From Macrostomum lignano (taxonomy: Eukaryota), in NCBI GenBank assembly GCA_002269645.1, contig NIVC01000662.1:248001-312000 (forward strand): a stretch of DNA of 64,000 bases, read 5' to 3'. Position 1 is the first letter of the stretch; each line of letters opens with the position of its first letter. Shown here piece after piece: positions 13,227-27,120 of this stretch. The position numbers and the translations under genes were made by a program. The notes beneath the pieces were generated by a model. The model saw only the letters and a list, made by a program, of their open reading frames with translations, was not told where the DNA came from and made no database searches.

Positions 13227-16200
13227 TCAACTGCTATTGCTGGTCGGGCTGTCGCTATTGTTGTCGGACTCAACGGCGGAGGCTTCGGCAACTGGCCGGA
13301 GGGCGTCCAGCTCCGAGTACAAGAAGCTGCGCAGCCGTTCTAGGTACTGAGGAAACATTTCAATATCGTTGTGGCCAGCGCCCACAACCCACAGCGGGTC
13401 CACTGGCTTTGGCAAGCGTTCGTAGATTGTCAGGCCGTGAGCGAAGTCAATCACTTCATCGTCTGTGCCGTGTATCACTAGGCAGGGCGACTGGATCCGA
13501 GGCGCCTTCTCGATGCTGCTCAAATGGTTATTGTTATAGCGGCTGGGTTGCAGACAGCTGGCACAGCTGGTCAGATTTAGGTTCATTCACCATGTCTAAT
13601 CACTGCTCATTCACCATGTCTAATCACTGCTCATTCAACATGTCTAATCACTGCTCATTCACCATGTCTAATCACTGCTCATTCACCATGTCTAATCACT
13701 GCTCATTCACCATGTCTAATCACTGCTCATTCACCATGTCTAATCACTGCTCATTCACCATGTCTAATCACTGCTCATTCAACATGTCTAATCACTGCTC
13801 ATTCACAATGTCTGATCACTGCTCATTCACAATGTCTGATCACTGCTCATTCACAATGTCTGATCACTACTCATTCACTATGTCTAATCACTGCTCATTC
13901 ACAATGTCTAATCACTAATCACACTAATCACATGTCTAATCACAATGATCAATCACACTGCTCACTCACAATGATCAAATCACACTGCTCACTCACAATG
14001 ATCAATCACACTGCTCACTCACAATGATCAAATCACACTGCTCACTCACAATGATCAATCACACTGCTCACTCACAATGATCAAATCACACTGCTCACTC
14101 GCAATGATCAATCACACTGCTCAGTCACAATGATCAATCACACTGCTCACTCACAATGATCAAATCACACTGCTCACTCGCAATGATCAATCACACTGCT
14201 CAGTCACAATGATCAATCACACTGCTCACTCACAATTATCAATCACACTGCTCACTCACAAATATAAATCATACTGCTCAGTCACAATGATAAATCATAC
14301 TGCTCACTCGCAATGATCAATCACACTGCTCACTCACAATGATCAATCACACTGCTCACTCGCAATGATCAATCAAACTGCTCACTCACAATGATCAATC
14401 ACACTGCTCACTCACAATGATCAATCAAACTGCTCACTCGCAATGATCAATCAAACTGCTCACTCACAATGATCAATCAAACTGCTCACTCGCAATGATC
14501 AATCACACTGCTCACTCACAATGATCAATCACACTGCTCACTCGCGATGATCAATCACACTGCTCAGTGACAATGATCAATCACACTGCTCACTCGCAAT
14601 GATCAATCACACTGCTCAGTGACAATGATCAATCACACTGCTCACTCACAATGATCAATCAAACTGCTCACTCGCAATGATCAATCACACTGCTCAGTGA
14701 CGATGATCAATCACACTGCTCACTCGCGATGATCAATCACACTGCTCACTCGCGATGATCAATCACACTGCTCAGTCACAATGATCAATCACACTGCTCA
14801 GTCACAATGATCAATCAATCACACTGCTCACTCACAATGATTAATCACACTGCTCACTCACAATGATCAATCACACTGCTCACTCACAATGATCAATCAC
14901 ACTGCTCACTCACAATGATCAATCACACTGCTCACTCACAATGATCAATCACACTGCTCACTCACAATGATCAATCACACTGCTCACTCGCAATCAGCCA
15001 CTCACTTAGGAAACGGATCGAAGAACCAGGTTCGCTGAGTCTCTGGAAAGGCAACCCGCATGCCGGACATTAGCGGGCTGTGCAATATAACTCCGGCCAC
15101 TTTATACCGGGCAGCCAAGTCAACAGTTGGCACAGTGCCAATGGACTGGCCGTACAGTATAATACTCTCGGGCTGCAGTTTGTACCGGGTGAGCAGCTGG
15201 TTCCAGGCGCACTCCATATCGGCGTACAGATTCTTTTCCAGCGGCCGGCCAGTGCTGGCGCCGTAGCCGGAATAATCGTAGCCGAACACATTGACATTGA
15301 GCCGACGGCCCAAGCCAATAAAGAAGCTGCTCATCTGGCCCAGATCGACTGCGTTGCCGTGTGAGAATAGCAGGGTGAATCGGGAGCGAGGATTCACTTT
15401 GGCCATCATGCAGGCGATGTTGTTGCCGCGAGCGGTCGGGGCCAGGAATACCTGCGTTGTGTTCAGTCATGGGTGAGGGCAACAGTAGTACAGCATGCAC
15501 TTTAGGCGTTGCTATTTAAAATTTGTTAGACACGAGCAATAAAGCTACCTATTTGACAATAAAGCTACCTGTCAGGCAATAAAGCTACCTGTTAGACAAT
15601 AAAGCTACCTGTTAGACAATAAAGCTAACTGTCAGACAATAAAGCTACCTGTTAGACAATAAAGCTAACTGTCAGACAATAAAGCTACCTGTTAGACAAT
15701 AAAGCTAACTGTCAGACAATAAAGCTACCTGTTAGACAATAAAGCTACCTGTTAGACAATAAAGCTACCTGTTAGACAATAAAGCTAACTGAGACAATAA
15801 AGCTACCTGTTAGACAATAAAGCTAACTGTCAGACAATAAAGCTACCTGTTAGACAATAAAGCTAACTGTCAGACAATAAAGCTACCTGTTAGACAATAA
15901 AGCTACCTGTCAGACAATAAAGCTACCTGTTAGACAATAAAGCTACCTGTTAGACAATAAAGCTACCTGTTAGACAATAAAGCTAACTGTCAGACAATAA
16001 AGCTACCTGTTAGACAATAAAGCTACCTATTAGACAATAAAGCTACCTGTTAGACAATAAAGCTACCTGTTTGACAATAAAGCTACCTGTTAGACAATAA
16101 AGCTAACTGTTAGACAATAAAGCTACCTGTTAGACAATAAAGCTACCTGTTAGACAATAAAGCTAACTGTCAGACAATAAAGCTACCTGTTAGACAATAA

Positions 16201-17231
16201 AGCTACCTGTTAGACAATAAAGCTAACTGTCAGACAATAAAGCTACCTGTTAGACAATAAAGCTACCTGTTAGACAATAAAGCTAACTGTCAGACAATAA
16301 AGCTACCTGTTTGACAATAAAGCTACCTGTTAGACAATAAAGCTAACTGTCAGACAATAAAGCTACCTGTTAGACAATAAAGCTACCTGTTAGACAATAA
16401 AGCTAACTGTCAGACAATAAAGCTACCTGTTAGACAATAAAGCTACCTGTTAGACAATAAAGCTAACTGTCAGACAATAAAGCTACCTGTTAGACAATAA
16501 AGCTACCTGTTAGACAATAAAGCTACCTGTTAGACAATAAAGCTAACTGTCAGACAATAAAGCTACCTGTTAGTTAGACAATAAAGCTACCTGTTAGACA
16601 ATAAAGCTACCTGTTAGTTAGACAATAAAGCTACCTGTTAGACAATAAAGCTACCTGTTAGTTAGACAATAAAGCTACCTGTTAGTTAGACAATAAAGCT
16701 ACCTGTTAGACAATAAAGCTACCTGTTAGACAATAAAGCTAACTGTCAGACAATAAAGCTACCTGTTAGACAATAAAGCTACCTGTTAGACAATAAAGCT
16801 AACTGTCAGACAATAAAGCTACCTGTTAGACAATAAAGCTACCTGTTAGTTAGACAATAAAGCTACCTGTTAGACAATAAAGCTACCTGTTAGTTAGACA
16901 ATAAAGCTACCTGTTAGTTAGACAATAAAGCAACCTGTTAGTTAGACAATAAAGCTACCTGTTAGTTAGACAATAAAGCTACCTGTTAGTTAGACAATAA
17001 AGCTACCTGTTAGATAGCTCAGCAAAACGAGCCGCTCACCTCTAGGCTAGCCTTATCGGGATCGCTAAACTGAAACTCGGCCCGTTCGCTGAGGTGCAGC
17101 CGCAGGTCAGGCGAGTCGCCGTCAGCAATAATTGAATAGGTGGGCTCCGGCGGCAGGAAGGCCAGCTTAGCCGCGATGCGGGAAGGCAGCGGAGGCCAGC
17201 AGAACAGGCGGAACAGATCGGCGCAAGACAT
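13227..17231 (-). CDS. ABHD17: ABHD17-family alpha/beta hydrolase (protein depalmitoylase); exons 17231-17040, 15451-15006, 13515-13227
   Basis: N-terminal [24 protein letters not shown], then [19 protein letters not shown] (nucleophile Ser), IHGTDDEVI (Asp) and GAGHND (His). Canonical GT-AG joins keep frame: SLE|VFL and FP AA|C IEK. Confidence 0.95.
13584..14995. repeat. Two adjacent intronic minisatellites: 24-bp unit (13584-13920) and 25-26-bp unit (13940-14995)
   Basis: Units ttcaccatgtctaatcactgctca and cacaatgatcaatcacactgctcact, in ABHD17 intron 2. Confidence 0.93.
15535..17015. repeat. Intronic minisatellite, 20-bp unit (aaagctacctgttagacaat)
   Basis: Fills ABHD17 intron 1. Confidence 0.95.
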
Positions 17232-17436
17232 GACAACAAATTCTGGCGGCAAGTCGAAATTGGGAAAACTGCGCCCAACTGATATTTTTAAAATTTTAAA
17301 TGCCGGTTATTAGTGAACGCACAGGAACGCTCGGGGTCTCTAACTAACTGACGCTGACCGCCAGGTGCAAGGAGCGAAGATCGAACTGAAATAATTTTAG
17401 ACAGGCGGGATGTCAACAGATTAAACTTATTAAGAT

Positions 17437-18347
17437 CATAGGCGTACGAACGTTTTAAAAAGTGGGGGGCCAGGTTCAGTGACGGATTTAGGGGGGGGGG
17501 GGGCGCACAAGGCGCACGCCCTTGTCGAGTTAGATTTTTTTATATGGAAAATGCACATTATCATTTACCGATTATTTTCAGAATCCATCTTGTCAGCACT
17601 CATTTGATAAAGCGCCGTAGGCACTCATTTTAGCGCCGCAGGCACCCATTTTAGCACCGCCGGCACTCATTTTAGCTCCGCAGGCACTCATTTTAGCGCC
17701 ACAGGCACTCATTTTAGCGCCACAGGCACGCATTTTAGCGCCACAGGCACTCATTTTAGCGCCACAGGCACGCATTTTAGCGCCGCAGGCACTCAGTTTA
17801 GCGCCGCAGGCACTCATTTTAGCACCGCCGGCACTCATTTTAGCACCGCCGGCACTCATTTTAGCGCCGCAGGCACCCATTTTAGCACCGCCAGCACTCA
17901 TTTTAGCTCCACAGGCACTCATTTTAGCACCGCCGGCACTCATTTTAGCACCGCCGGCACTCATTTTAGCACCGCCGGCACTCATTTTAGCGCCGCAGGC
18001 ACCCATTTTAGCACCGCCAGCACTCATTTTAGTTCCGCAGGCACTCATTTTAGCGCCACAGGCACGCATTTTAGCGCCGCAGGCACTCAGTTTAGCGCCG
18101 CATGCACTCATTTTAGCACCACCGGCACTCATCTTAGCGCCACAGGCACGCATTTTAGCGCTGCAGGCACTAAAATGTTTTGTCGCCCTGCAGCAAAATG
18201 CATTCATGCAAAGCAGCAAAAACCAAAAATAAGCAAGAAGTCTACGTTTTACATTTAAAATGTGGAGGGGAGATACCATTACTGGCCCCCCATTTTAAAA
18301 AGCGGGGGGCCATGGCCCCACTGGCCCCCCCCGTTCCTACGCCTATG
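17437..18347. mobile_element. hAT-like non-autonomous DNA transposon carrying an internal 21-bp minisatellite (~17598-18175)
   Basis: TIRs cataggcgtacgaacg (17437) and cgttcctacgcctatg (ending 18347), 15/16 match. Flanked by a near-identical 8-bp TSD, attaagat versus attaatat. An 8-bp TSD is characteristic of hAT elements. Confidence 0.7.
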
Positions 18348-19335
18348 ATTAATATTATCCTTCTAGCTGAATGCAACATAGTTTTCCACGCAAATGTGAC
18401 ATACATGATTGGATGCCTAATATGAGAAATGTTGAAAAAAACAAAGAAAAATTATTTTTGGTTCTTCACAAGGTCATTTTGTTCTTCTAATATACTTTAA
18501 TGATGATATTGTTAAAAATAATGTATATCCAAGTGTTGGGTTTCAACCTTATGGTTTCCAAAGAATAGGAACTAATGTATCTAAACATCAATAGGGCCCT
18601 ATGCTTATATTGAAGAATATTAGGTATATAACTAGCAATCAGCGCCCCCTGTTGGGGAGCCCAGCAGTCCCTTGTAAGCCTTGACATGTCAGCAATTCCC
18701 CTCCACAAGCCTTAACATATCAACTTCCCCCCTTGACATCTCAGCGATGCCCCCCATAAGCCCTGAAATCTTAAAAAATCTGTGAACCTTCTAACCCTAA
18801 TCTTAGCCCTAACCCTTACCCTAAAGCATTGACATTTCAGTAATTCTCACCAAGAGTCATTATAGCACTACAGCATTATAGCGATTCCCTGCAAGCCTCG
18901 ACATTGTAGGGATTCCCAAATGAATCTCTCAACTTCGACATGACGCTTCTTTTATTTTTTACATGACGCTTTTTCTATCAACGACCCCCGTGAGGGGCCA
19001 ACAAATATTAATTTAAAAAAGTTTTGAATAAACTACATGTAGCTTCTGACTTTAGCCTTGACATCTCAGTTATTCCCCCATGAGCCTTGACATCTCAGCT
19101 ATTCCCCGTAAGCTTTGACATCAATAGTATTCGCCCCAAGAGTCACAGCACACAGCTTTATGTGACGTTTTTTACATGACACTTCTTTTATGTCTGACAT
19201 GACACTTCTTTTATGTCTGACATGACGCTTCTTTTGTCAAGGCTTTATTATACTTTTGAATAGACTACATGTTTAAACTACAGCTTCTCTTTGCAATAAC
19301 ATCAACAATCCCTTGTGAGTCTTGACACCTCAGCT

Positions 19336-21843
19336 TTGCATGCACTTGTGTTTGATCCATCTGCTAAGAATTTAGTCTATTTAGTCTATGGTTGAAACCA
19401 TATATATGATAATTGGTGCAAGCTCAAGAAGAGCCCTTCTTTTATTCTTGAGCAAATATACGCCCGCTGGCATCTTCACGTCAAGCAACTGATCTCGTGT
19501 CTGTTTCTACGGTGTCCCAAACAAAACATGGCGACGAGGATGGGATTTGAGCGTCTTTGAGCGTCTTGAGTGCAGGGATAACATACCCAGTCAAGAATCC
19601 AATCATTTCTGCTCCAATTGTTCCAGTTCTAAAGCAGGAGGGATCTGCCAGACCCATTCGCTTATGTGGAGATTATTCTCTCACCTTGAATCGCATCATT
19701 GATGCCGACAAGTACAAGTGCCAGAGCCGAAAGACAAGGACCAACTGCGTAGCGTATTGTGCACCTTCAGACATTATGGCGTGTTCTGCAAAAATTTCTC
19801 AATGATTGCACGGCCTCTGTACACACTTCTGAAGAAAGGAGTACACTGGTGTTGGAAGAATGAGCATTCAGCTGCATTTGAGAATCTGAGGACCATGATT
19901 GCCGGAGGAGCCATTACAGCGTACGACATGAGGAAGCCGTTGTACTTAACATGTGACGCCTCGAAGGATGGCTTGGGCTACGTCCTGTCCCATGACAGAG
20001 CACAAAGGCAAGTGGTTTGGCTCGGTAGTCGGGTACTGACTCCAGCTGAAAGCAACTACGCAAACATCGAGAAGGAGGCATTGGCTATTGTGGAAGGCGT
20101 AAAATATTTCCACCAATTTCTCGCTGGCCGCAAGTTCACCATCGTCTCAGACCATCGTCCGCTCCAATTCATATTCAATCAGAACAAAGTGTCAGAAAGA
20201 GTGTCCGCTAGACTGCAACGTTGGGCACTCCTGCTGCGAGCGTATGACTACGAGATTGTCTATGCCAAGGGTGACACTATGCATGCCGCGGACACATTGT
20301 CAAGACTTCCACTAGCAGGACAGCAAAAGGATGCGAGGATCAGCCTGCTTGATGTTAATGCACTGGATAGATTCTGGAATTCAGAGCAACTGTTGAATCG
20401 AATCGCACGTACCAACGACTCCAAACTGAATCTGCTCAAGACGTACATACAAAAGGAATGGCCTTCCTACATTCCGTCAACAATGTTGCCCTATTCTCGA
20501 GGAAAATGGGAATACACCATCCAAAATGGGATCATTTTCAAGGGACTTCGAATCGTTCTGCCCACTAGCTTGAGGACCGAGATCCTGCAAATGCTGCACG
20601 AAGATCATCCCGGGATTGTGAGAATGGTACGCCTAGCACGGCAATACTTCTGGTGGCCCGAGATAGACGCACAAGTTAATGCGTTCGTACAACGATGTGT
20701 ACAATGTCAGCTTCACGCCAGAAAGAGAGTCAATGCTAACTTGTCCTCGTGGTCGGACGCGCAGAATTTCTTTGAAAGAGTTCACGTTGATATTGCAACA
20801 TTTAAAGGTCGCAGACTTCTGGTGATGGTCGACGCCTTTTCAAAATGGGTCGACGTTTAACATGTGAACTCAATGACGGCTTCATCAATTGTTGCCGCAA
20901 GCAGACAAACATTCAAGTACACTGGATTACCCAAGTCCATAGTCACGGATAACTGTGGATCGTTCGTTGCTGAGGAGTTCTCCAAGTTTCTGAAAGACAA
21001 TGGTGTCGAACACGTCTGCACACCCCCAGGACACCATCAGTCCAATGGCCAGTTCGAGAGGGTCATAGAAGAACTGAAGTTTTATCTGCGTAAGATGAAA
21101 GCCAACGCGGACCTCTCTGCCTTAGATTGGCACATTGCGGGATTTTGTCTCTTCCAGAACACTACACCTCATTGCAACGGATCAATACCAGCTCTACTGA
21201 TCTTTCAGCAGTTGCCAAGGACACGTTTGTGTTTGTCCGCCACTTGCACTGAGTGGTCGAGGCCAAGTCAGCAGCCAACTCCCGTGTTCATTTGAGTGGA
21301 GCACAAGGAGGAGCGTTTCCCTACTGAGCTGAAGTTTGCCGTTGGTTCTAATACATTTAGGGAGGCACAGGGCAGACTCGTTCATTGGTCAGACATTCAA
21401 GCTTATACGGACCAGCTACTGGTGGCTGATTCGAAGCCACCAGATTCAAAACTTACAGAGGTCAATCCAGCCCTCAGTGAGACCGTCACTACACCACCCA
21501 ATACCACCAGTCAGATCCAGTTAGGACCATTGCCATCCGGCGCCCAAGAACTCCATTGGAGTGTACGGGTTAGTCGACCACCTGATCGGCTTGTCTACAA
21601 GTGATTCTTTACAATGCATGACAGTCTTCTTTTGGCATTGGTGGGGTGTTACATATTTGCATGCACTTGTGTTTGATCCATCTGCTAAGAATTTAGTCTA
21701 TGGTTGAAACCATATATATGATAATTGGTGCCAGCTCAAGAAGAGCCTCTACCCTTCTTTTATTCTTGAGAAAATAGCCTGCTGGCATCTTCACGTCAAG
21801 CAATGGATCTCGTGTCTATTTCTATGGTGTCCCAAACAAAACA
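19336..21843 (+). mobile_element. Ty3/Gypsy LTR retrotransposon, internally deleted (no gag, protease or RT core)
   Basis: Direct LTRs 19336-19528 (first ~10 bp missing) and 21647-21843 (TGTT...AACA). PBS tggcgacgagg at 19529, purine tract before the 3' LTR, and agct on both flanks (4-bp TSD). Domain order RT-RH-IN. Confidence 0.92.
19557..21604 (+). pseudogene. Defective pol remnant: RT start, RT thumb/RNase H, integrase
   Basis: APIVPVLK...RLCGDY (RT start) is followed by a frameshifting deletion into VPEPKDK. RNase H CDAS...NYANIEKEALAI...DHRPL, integrase HHCC (LHEDH...CVQC) and core (RVHVD...TDN...SNGQFER) follow. In-frame stops at 20858-20860 and 21293-21295. Confidence 0.88.
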
Positions 21844-23513
21844 AGCTATTCCCCTCGCAAGTCTTGACATCTCAGCAATGCCCCCCCATAAACCTTGCAA
21901 TCTGAAAAATCCCCTGTCAACCTTGAAAACTAAACTGTAACCTGAAACCCAAACCTGATATAAACCTAACCCTAAAGCCATGACATATTAGCAATTCTTC
22001 TCCCCTAAGCCTTGACATTTTAGTGATTCCTCCCCAAGAATCACAGCACTATAGCAATTCCCTCCAAGCCTTGACATTGTAGCAATTCCCAAATGAATCT
22101 TTTAACTTCGAAATGACTCTTATTTTATGTCTACATAATGCTTCTTTTCTTTTTTACATTACACTTCTTCTATCAGCGCCCACCCCCTATGGTGAGCCAA
22201 CAAAGAATGTAAAAAAAAATTAAGTAAACTGCATTTAGCTTCTGACTTTTGCCTTGACATCTCAGAAATCCATATGAATATTAATAGTCCACTTTGAAAC
22301 AAATGATAGTTACTACAATAATATTTTTTTGATATGCTACAAAAGAGAAATATAAAAGAACTATTAGGAAAGACAGACAAGACATAAATTGCTAAAATAT
22401 ATACTTGCACACTTTAACAAAAATTGAATTTGATCTATGTTTAATCGATCGATTATAATTATTAGGTGGGCCAGATACTAAGGAACACTTTGGGATTGCA
22501 TGTATAAAATTAAAAATATTTTTAATACAATTTACAAAACTTATATTGGCATATAAATAGTACCTTTAACTTTTAAGACCCTTTTTAGATTGTATATTAT
22601 ATTAGAATTGAAATGCATATCATCTAAATCATTAATTTTTATATTTACATGTTGTAATTGCAATTTTATGGCTTTTTGAGTGATTTTTGAAAAAGAAAGA
22701 TTTTTTGAGTAGATTTAAACAACTTTCAAGCTTTAATTTAAACAAAAAATGCTATAAAACCTATATATATAATATAGGAGATGATGCTATAAATGGCCAT
22801 TAGTGTGGACAATGTTTAGTGCAGATAGGCCCCTAGTAGTACAGGCAGAGTCTAGCTCTAGCACACTAGCACAATCTGGTATAGGAAAGGGGATGTCTAG
22901 CACAATTCAGACCTTGGCTGCAATAAAGCTTATGATTTGTGGAAAAATCAATTAGATTTTTTTAAAAGGTAATTTAGACCAATATTGACTTAGTAAGCTA
23001 GCATTGCATTATAAATTGCAGAACCTTATGGGAGAATATTTAATTTTATCTGCTTATTAAGCTCCTTTTCAATAAAGCACAAATGATTCCCATGGCTCCT
23101 TTTCTAAGTATAATATGAGCAATAATATGCCATTTATAATGTTCTATGAACTATATGAACCATGGTATATAGTCTTAGTACTTCTAAATATACTTTAAAT
23201 ACTAAAGGGAATTCAGACTTGGCAACCACTTAGTGGTCTACTAAAGGCAATGAGTGAAATAAATGGACTATATTTATACTGAACTATATAAGAAGCTGAA
23301 ATAAAAGGAGTGTCCAAAAAGTATTGATATTTTTTCTCATATTGCTTTATTGCAAACTTGAAAATCAATGAATTTGGTGTCATTGGATAGCAAAAAGTAT
23401 TAGCTTCAATATGTCAAAAAATCATCCTAATGTTGTTTTTTAAAGTTATCACTGTCTTTTTGAGCCAGGATAGCCTAGGCCTATAGACTTACAAAACTAT
23501 ATCTATTCAACCC

Positions 23514-23824
23514 TGTCATATATGCGCAACCCCCAAATTTTGGTCAGCCGTGCGACTTAGTTTTAACAAAAATGCGATGTACTTTTTGGCCAAAAATGCA
23601 ACTTATATGTAAAAAAAACCCTAGAACAAAATTAACGCAACTTTGGGTAAACGGCAGGAGTAACTATAACTGTCTTATTAAGCAAAAATTCCTTATCAGC
23701 TACTTAGTACTACTACTTGGGTGTTTTTTTAGGTGGGCATTTTTGCGACTTCTTTGGTTGGCCACCAAATTGGTCAGCCAGATCGGCCAACTCGGCCGAC
23801 TGTTGCACATGTATGAACCCTGTT
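23514..23824. mobile_element. Possible small TIR element (CAGGG-type end)
   Basis: tcatatatgcgcaac (left) resembles the reverse complement of gttgcacatgtatgaaccctg (right). It is a CpG-containing island in CpG-poor DNA. Left terminus incomplete. Confidence 0.35.
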
Positions 23825-26800
23825 GAGTATATATATGCCTTATGAATTCATGAAGCTAGCTAAAAATACATCAATAAATGCAAATCAACAAAATGAGGGT
23901 AACATTTTATAAGCATATGAGAGATGCTATTTTGTCTATGATAAAATTTGTGGCCACGTCTTTTTTGTACTATAAGCTTGTTTTTTTCTTCTTTTATTAG
24001 CAACCAATAGTTACAAACATGCACTCAAAACAAGGGTAGCAACATGCAATTAACATATTATAGCATTAGAAAAAGTGGATAGGCAATTTATCATTATCTA
24101 TGTAATATACATAGAGCCAAAGCAATAAGTTGTATAATGGTAAGCCTATATTATCAAAAAACTCAACAAGGTCAACTAGGCCCAATATAATTTTTTGTAA
24201 GTCTATAGGCCATCTAAGCTTAAATAGAAAAAGGTAACTTTTTAAAGCAGTATATATTGATCATTTTTACATTAAAGTTGATATTTTTTATTTTTGTACA
24301 CTTTGTCAAAAACATGTCAAATGTCAAAAACAATGCAGAAACAATAGTAAATTGTAAATATAGGTTGAATATTTAGTCTTTTTTATTATGCATTAGACCT
24401 AGGCTAACTATGACATTGTCAATTTAAGTAGCCCCACCAAGGGCTGTTTTGATATAAGGTACCAATCTATAATATTATAGTTTCATTTTCTCATGTCTGC
24501 TTAAAGTAGTGCCCAAAGAATTTTAATCAGCTGCGTACATCTGTAAAGCTTGCATTCAGCATATGATCAATAATTTCTGCTTCTGTTTTTCTAGCTGGCC
24601 AATGGAAAAGCTACGCATTAATTATACTAAGTTCTCCTTGCACGCCCACCCTAGCCTACTCTTTATCAGTTCTGTCTGGCCATGCACTCTGGGTTATTCT
24701 TAGATCCTGACTTTGTGTCCCCACCTATAGACCCTTGCCACCTGGCACTCTTGTTTGGTTGCCTTCTCTTCTTGCCTTATTATGCCACAGCCCTAGGCCA
24801 CGCCTTTGCCACTCTCAGTCATGCCACTTCTACTACCTAAGCTATCTAACTCATTGTTGTATAGCCACCAATGCATTCGTTATGAATCCAACTTGTATTT
24901 TGACCTGTCTCTGTTGGCAATAAACAATAAACCAAGTCTGCAGCCATTGATCGCATTAACATTAACTGATATTGCTATTGCTATTGCCAAGTGCTACTGC
25001 TACAAAATTGCCTCTGCAGTATTCATTTGCCTTTGCTGATTATTCTCTAGGCTGCCACTTTATTACATTACACTAGTCACTAACCATTTCATTTTTGAAT
25101 TATCTAATTTTGACCATATTTGATAATGCTTAATAATCTTGAATCAACCAGGATCTATATCCTATTTGTCTACTAGAAAAGTCATATTCTTTGCCAGAAG
25201 TGGTTTAGTCTTGCATACAAAAAATGCTTCTTCAGATAACATGGCATGGGTTCTATTCTAAGCCTATGGTAATGGCTTACTGTCATATATTCTTTTCATT
25301 TTGTTGAAATCAATAATCAACATGCAAGATCTGTGTTATAACTATTTTATTAAATTATTCTTCAAAACTACACCATCCAAAAGAAACATTAAACGATAGA
25401 TCAAATTAGAACCTTTTGTATAGGCCTACCCAACCACTGCAAAACAATTCTGAAAGTGGAAGGATGCACTAATTGACTTAACTCGTTTTTTAACTGAGTC
25501 AGCTCTGATCCGTCTCTGTAGATAACAAATTGACAAACTTTAAAGCATGCCAATTGGCTAGAAAATGAAGTGTTCTATCTTCAAAATATATGATAAAAGT
25601 GTAAAATGATGAGGTTGTAACATGACATGACAAAGTGTCTAAAAACCATATTTTCTCTGATCCGTCTCTGTACAGGCGTAAGATTATCACAAAAACGAAG
25701 GTTTTTAATAGCTTATAATTTTTCCCTGCTACAAACAAGTATCTGGATTTAAAAACTAAGACTAAAATCTACCTTCGACACAATGGCCGATTCTTAATTT
25801 AATTGCCGCATCAATTTAGTAAATTGAACATTAAAATTCTACAAAACTCATGACAAATAGCGAGTTCAGAATTTCTTTTAATAAAAGCAAAGCTTTTTTC
25901 TCTTACTTATTATACTTTTCTCTAATACATACTTTCTTTTCTTGTAACATGTACGCTGCTTTTGTTATAACTTTTTTGTTTGCTAGTGATTCATAGACCG
26001 TCAGACCTTGGGGCCAAAGACTTTAAGCATGAATCAACAACTGAATTAATCCATGGGACCTTCCTTCAAAAAAGGTCACAAAGATCTCAAAAACCACGCA
26101 AACCTTATAAGCATACTAAATGACAGCTGTTTGTGGCTTTAGATTAATTATTTAAGGGTACTGTAACGATATTTATACTTTTTAGAACAATTGATTATGG
26201 CAATACAAATGCAACTACAGTAGAAGTAAATATCAAGGAACGGTGTCATTCTGACCGGCAAGTACCATAATAATATCTCGACCTTTTATAGTAGCCCTGG
26301 CCTTTGGGTTACCACCAGCTGCTTGGCTGAATTGCTGCATCGAGGACACTATACTGCTGCATGTATAGATGTCCTAACTTGCTCCCGTTAACCGGCAAAG
26401 TGTGTGTTTGACGGTATGAAACCTACTTACCAAAAAACGACTTATGTACGGATCGTCTACTAATTAATTACATGCAAGTCAATGTACATTTTCATTGCTC
26501 ATCATGTACATGAAGGTTTTTTATAGCTGGCTGTCCACTGCACGACTTATGTACGAGCGCACATGCAAGAACAACTTAATTGATAAAGAATTAAGTACTT
26601 CTTTTATGTCGACCTGTTGCACATTTACATGTAAATAGACGCAATATTTAACAGTCCTAGCTGACGAAGCCAGATGAAAATTGAAAGCCCATACAGCCAG
26701 CTAAATCTTTTTCGATAGACATTTCATGCAAAGTAGGAAATAAATGGCAATTCGAGCATTACACATTTCTCATGACAAGATACGCATAAAATAATAGAGA

Positions 26801-27120
26801 TGACTTTAAATACCCAGGAAGCACCAGACCCTGCGATATGTGAGCGTGTGTAATCATACAGTTCGTGTGTAAGGAATGCGACTGATGCGACAGCAAATTG
26901 ATAAGATAAAAATATTGCTTTTGTAGATCAAAGAACCTCTGCATGCAGAATTATACATGTAGATAAATTGATAATCCGATATGACGACTTAGGTAAAGCT
27001 AATGGCGAATGATATAGGAGAAGTAAGAATCGACAGAAAATGAAATTAAAAGTAAGCTATCAAGACAGAGACTCAGTAGGGAATACTAAGACAGCAGGTT
27101 CGTCATCAAATTAGGTGCTA

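Larger units (their letters stand above)
18660..22270. repeat. Diverged repeated block with core agccttgacatctcagcaattcccc; host sequence of the Gypsy insertion
   Basis: ~18680-19070 aligns by eye with ~21860-22265, sharing gacattgtag..ttcccaaatgaatct and agcttctgacttt.gccttgacatctcag. Confidence 0.6.

Noticed and set aside
15535-17015. Long regular arrays as possible CRISPR loci
   Set aside because: Units are head-to-tail with no unique spacers, there are no cas genes, and the context is a eukaryotic intron.
17593-18279. 228-aa CGAKMSA-repeat ORF, and similar ORFs at 5640-6268, 29875-30386, 32926-33762, 37673-38714, 39068-39980 and 44653-45425
   Set aside because: All coincide with tandem or simple repeats and have no domain content.
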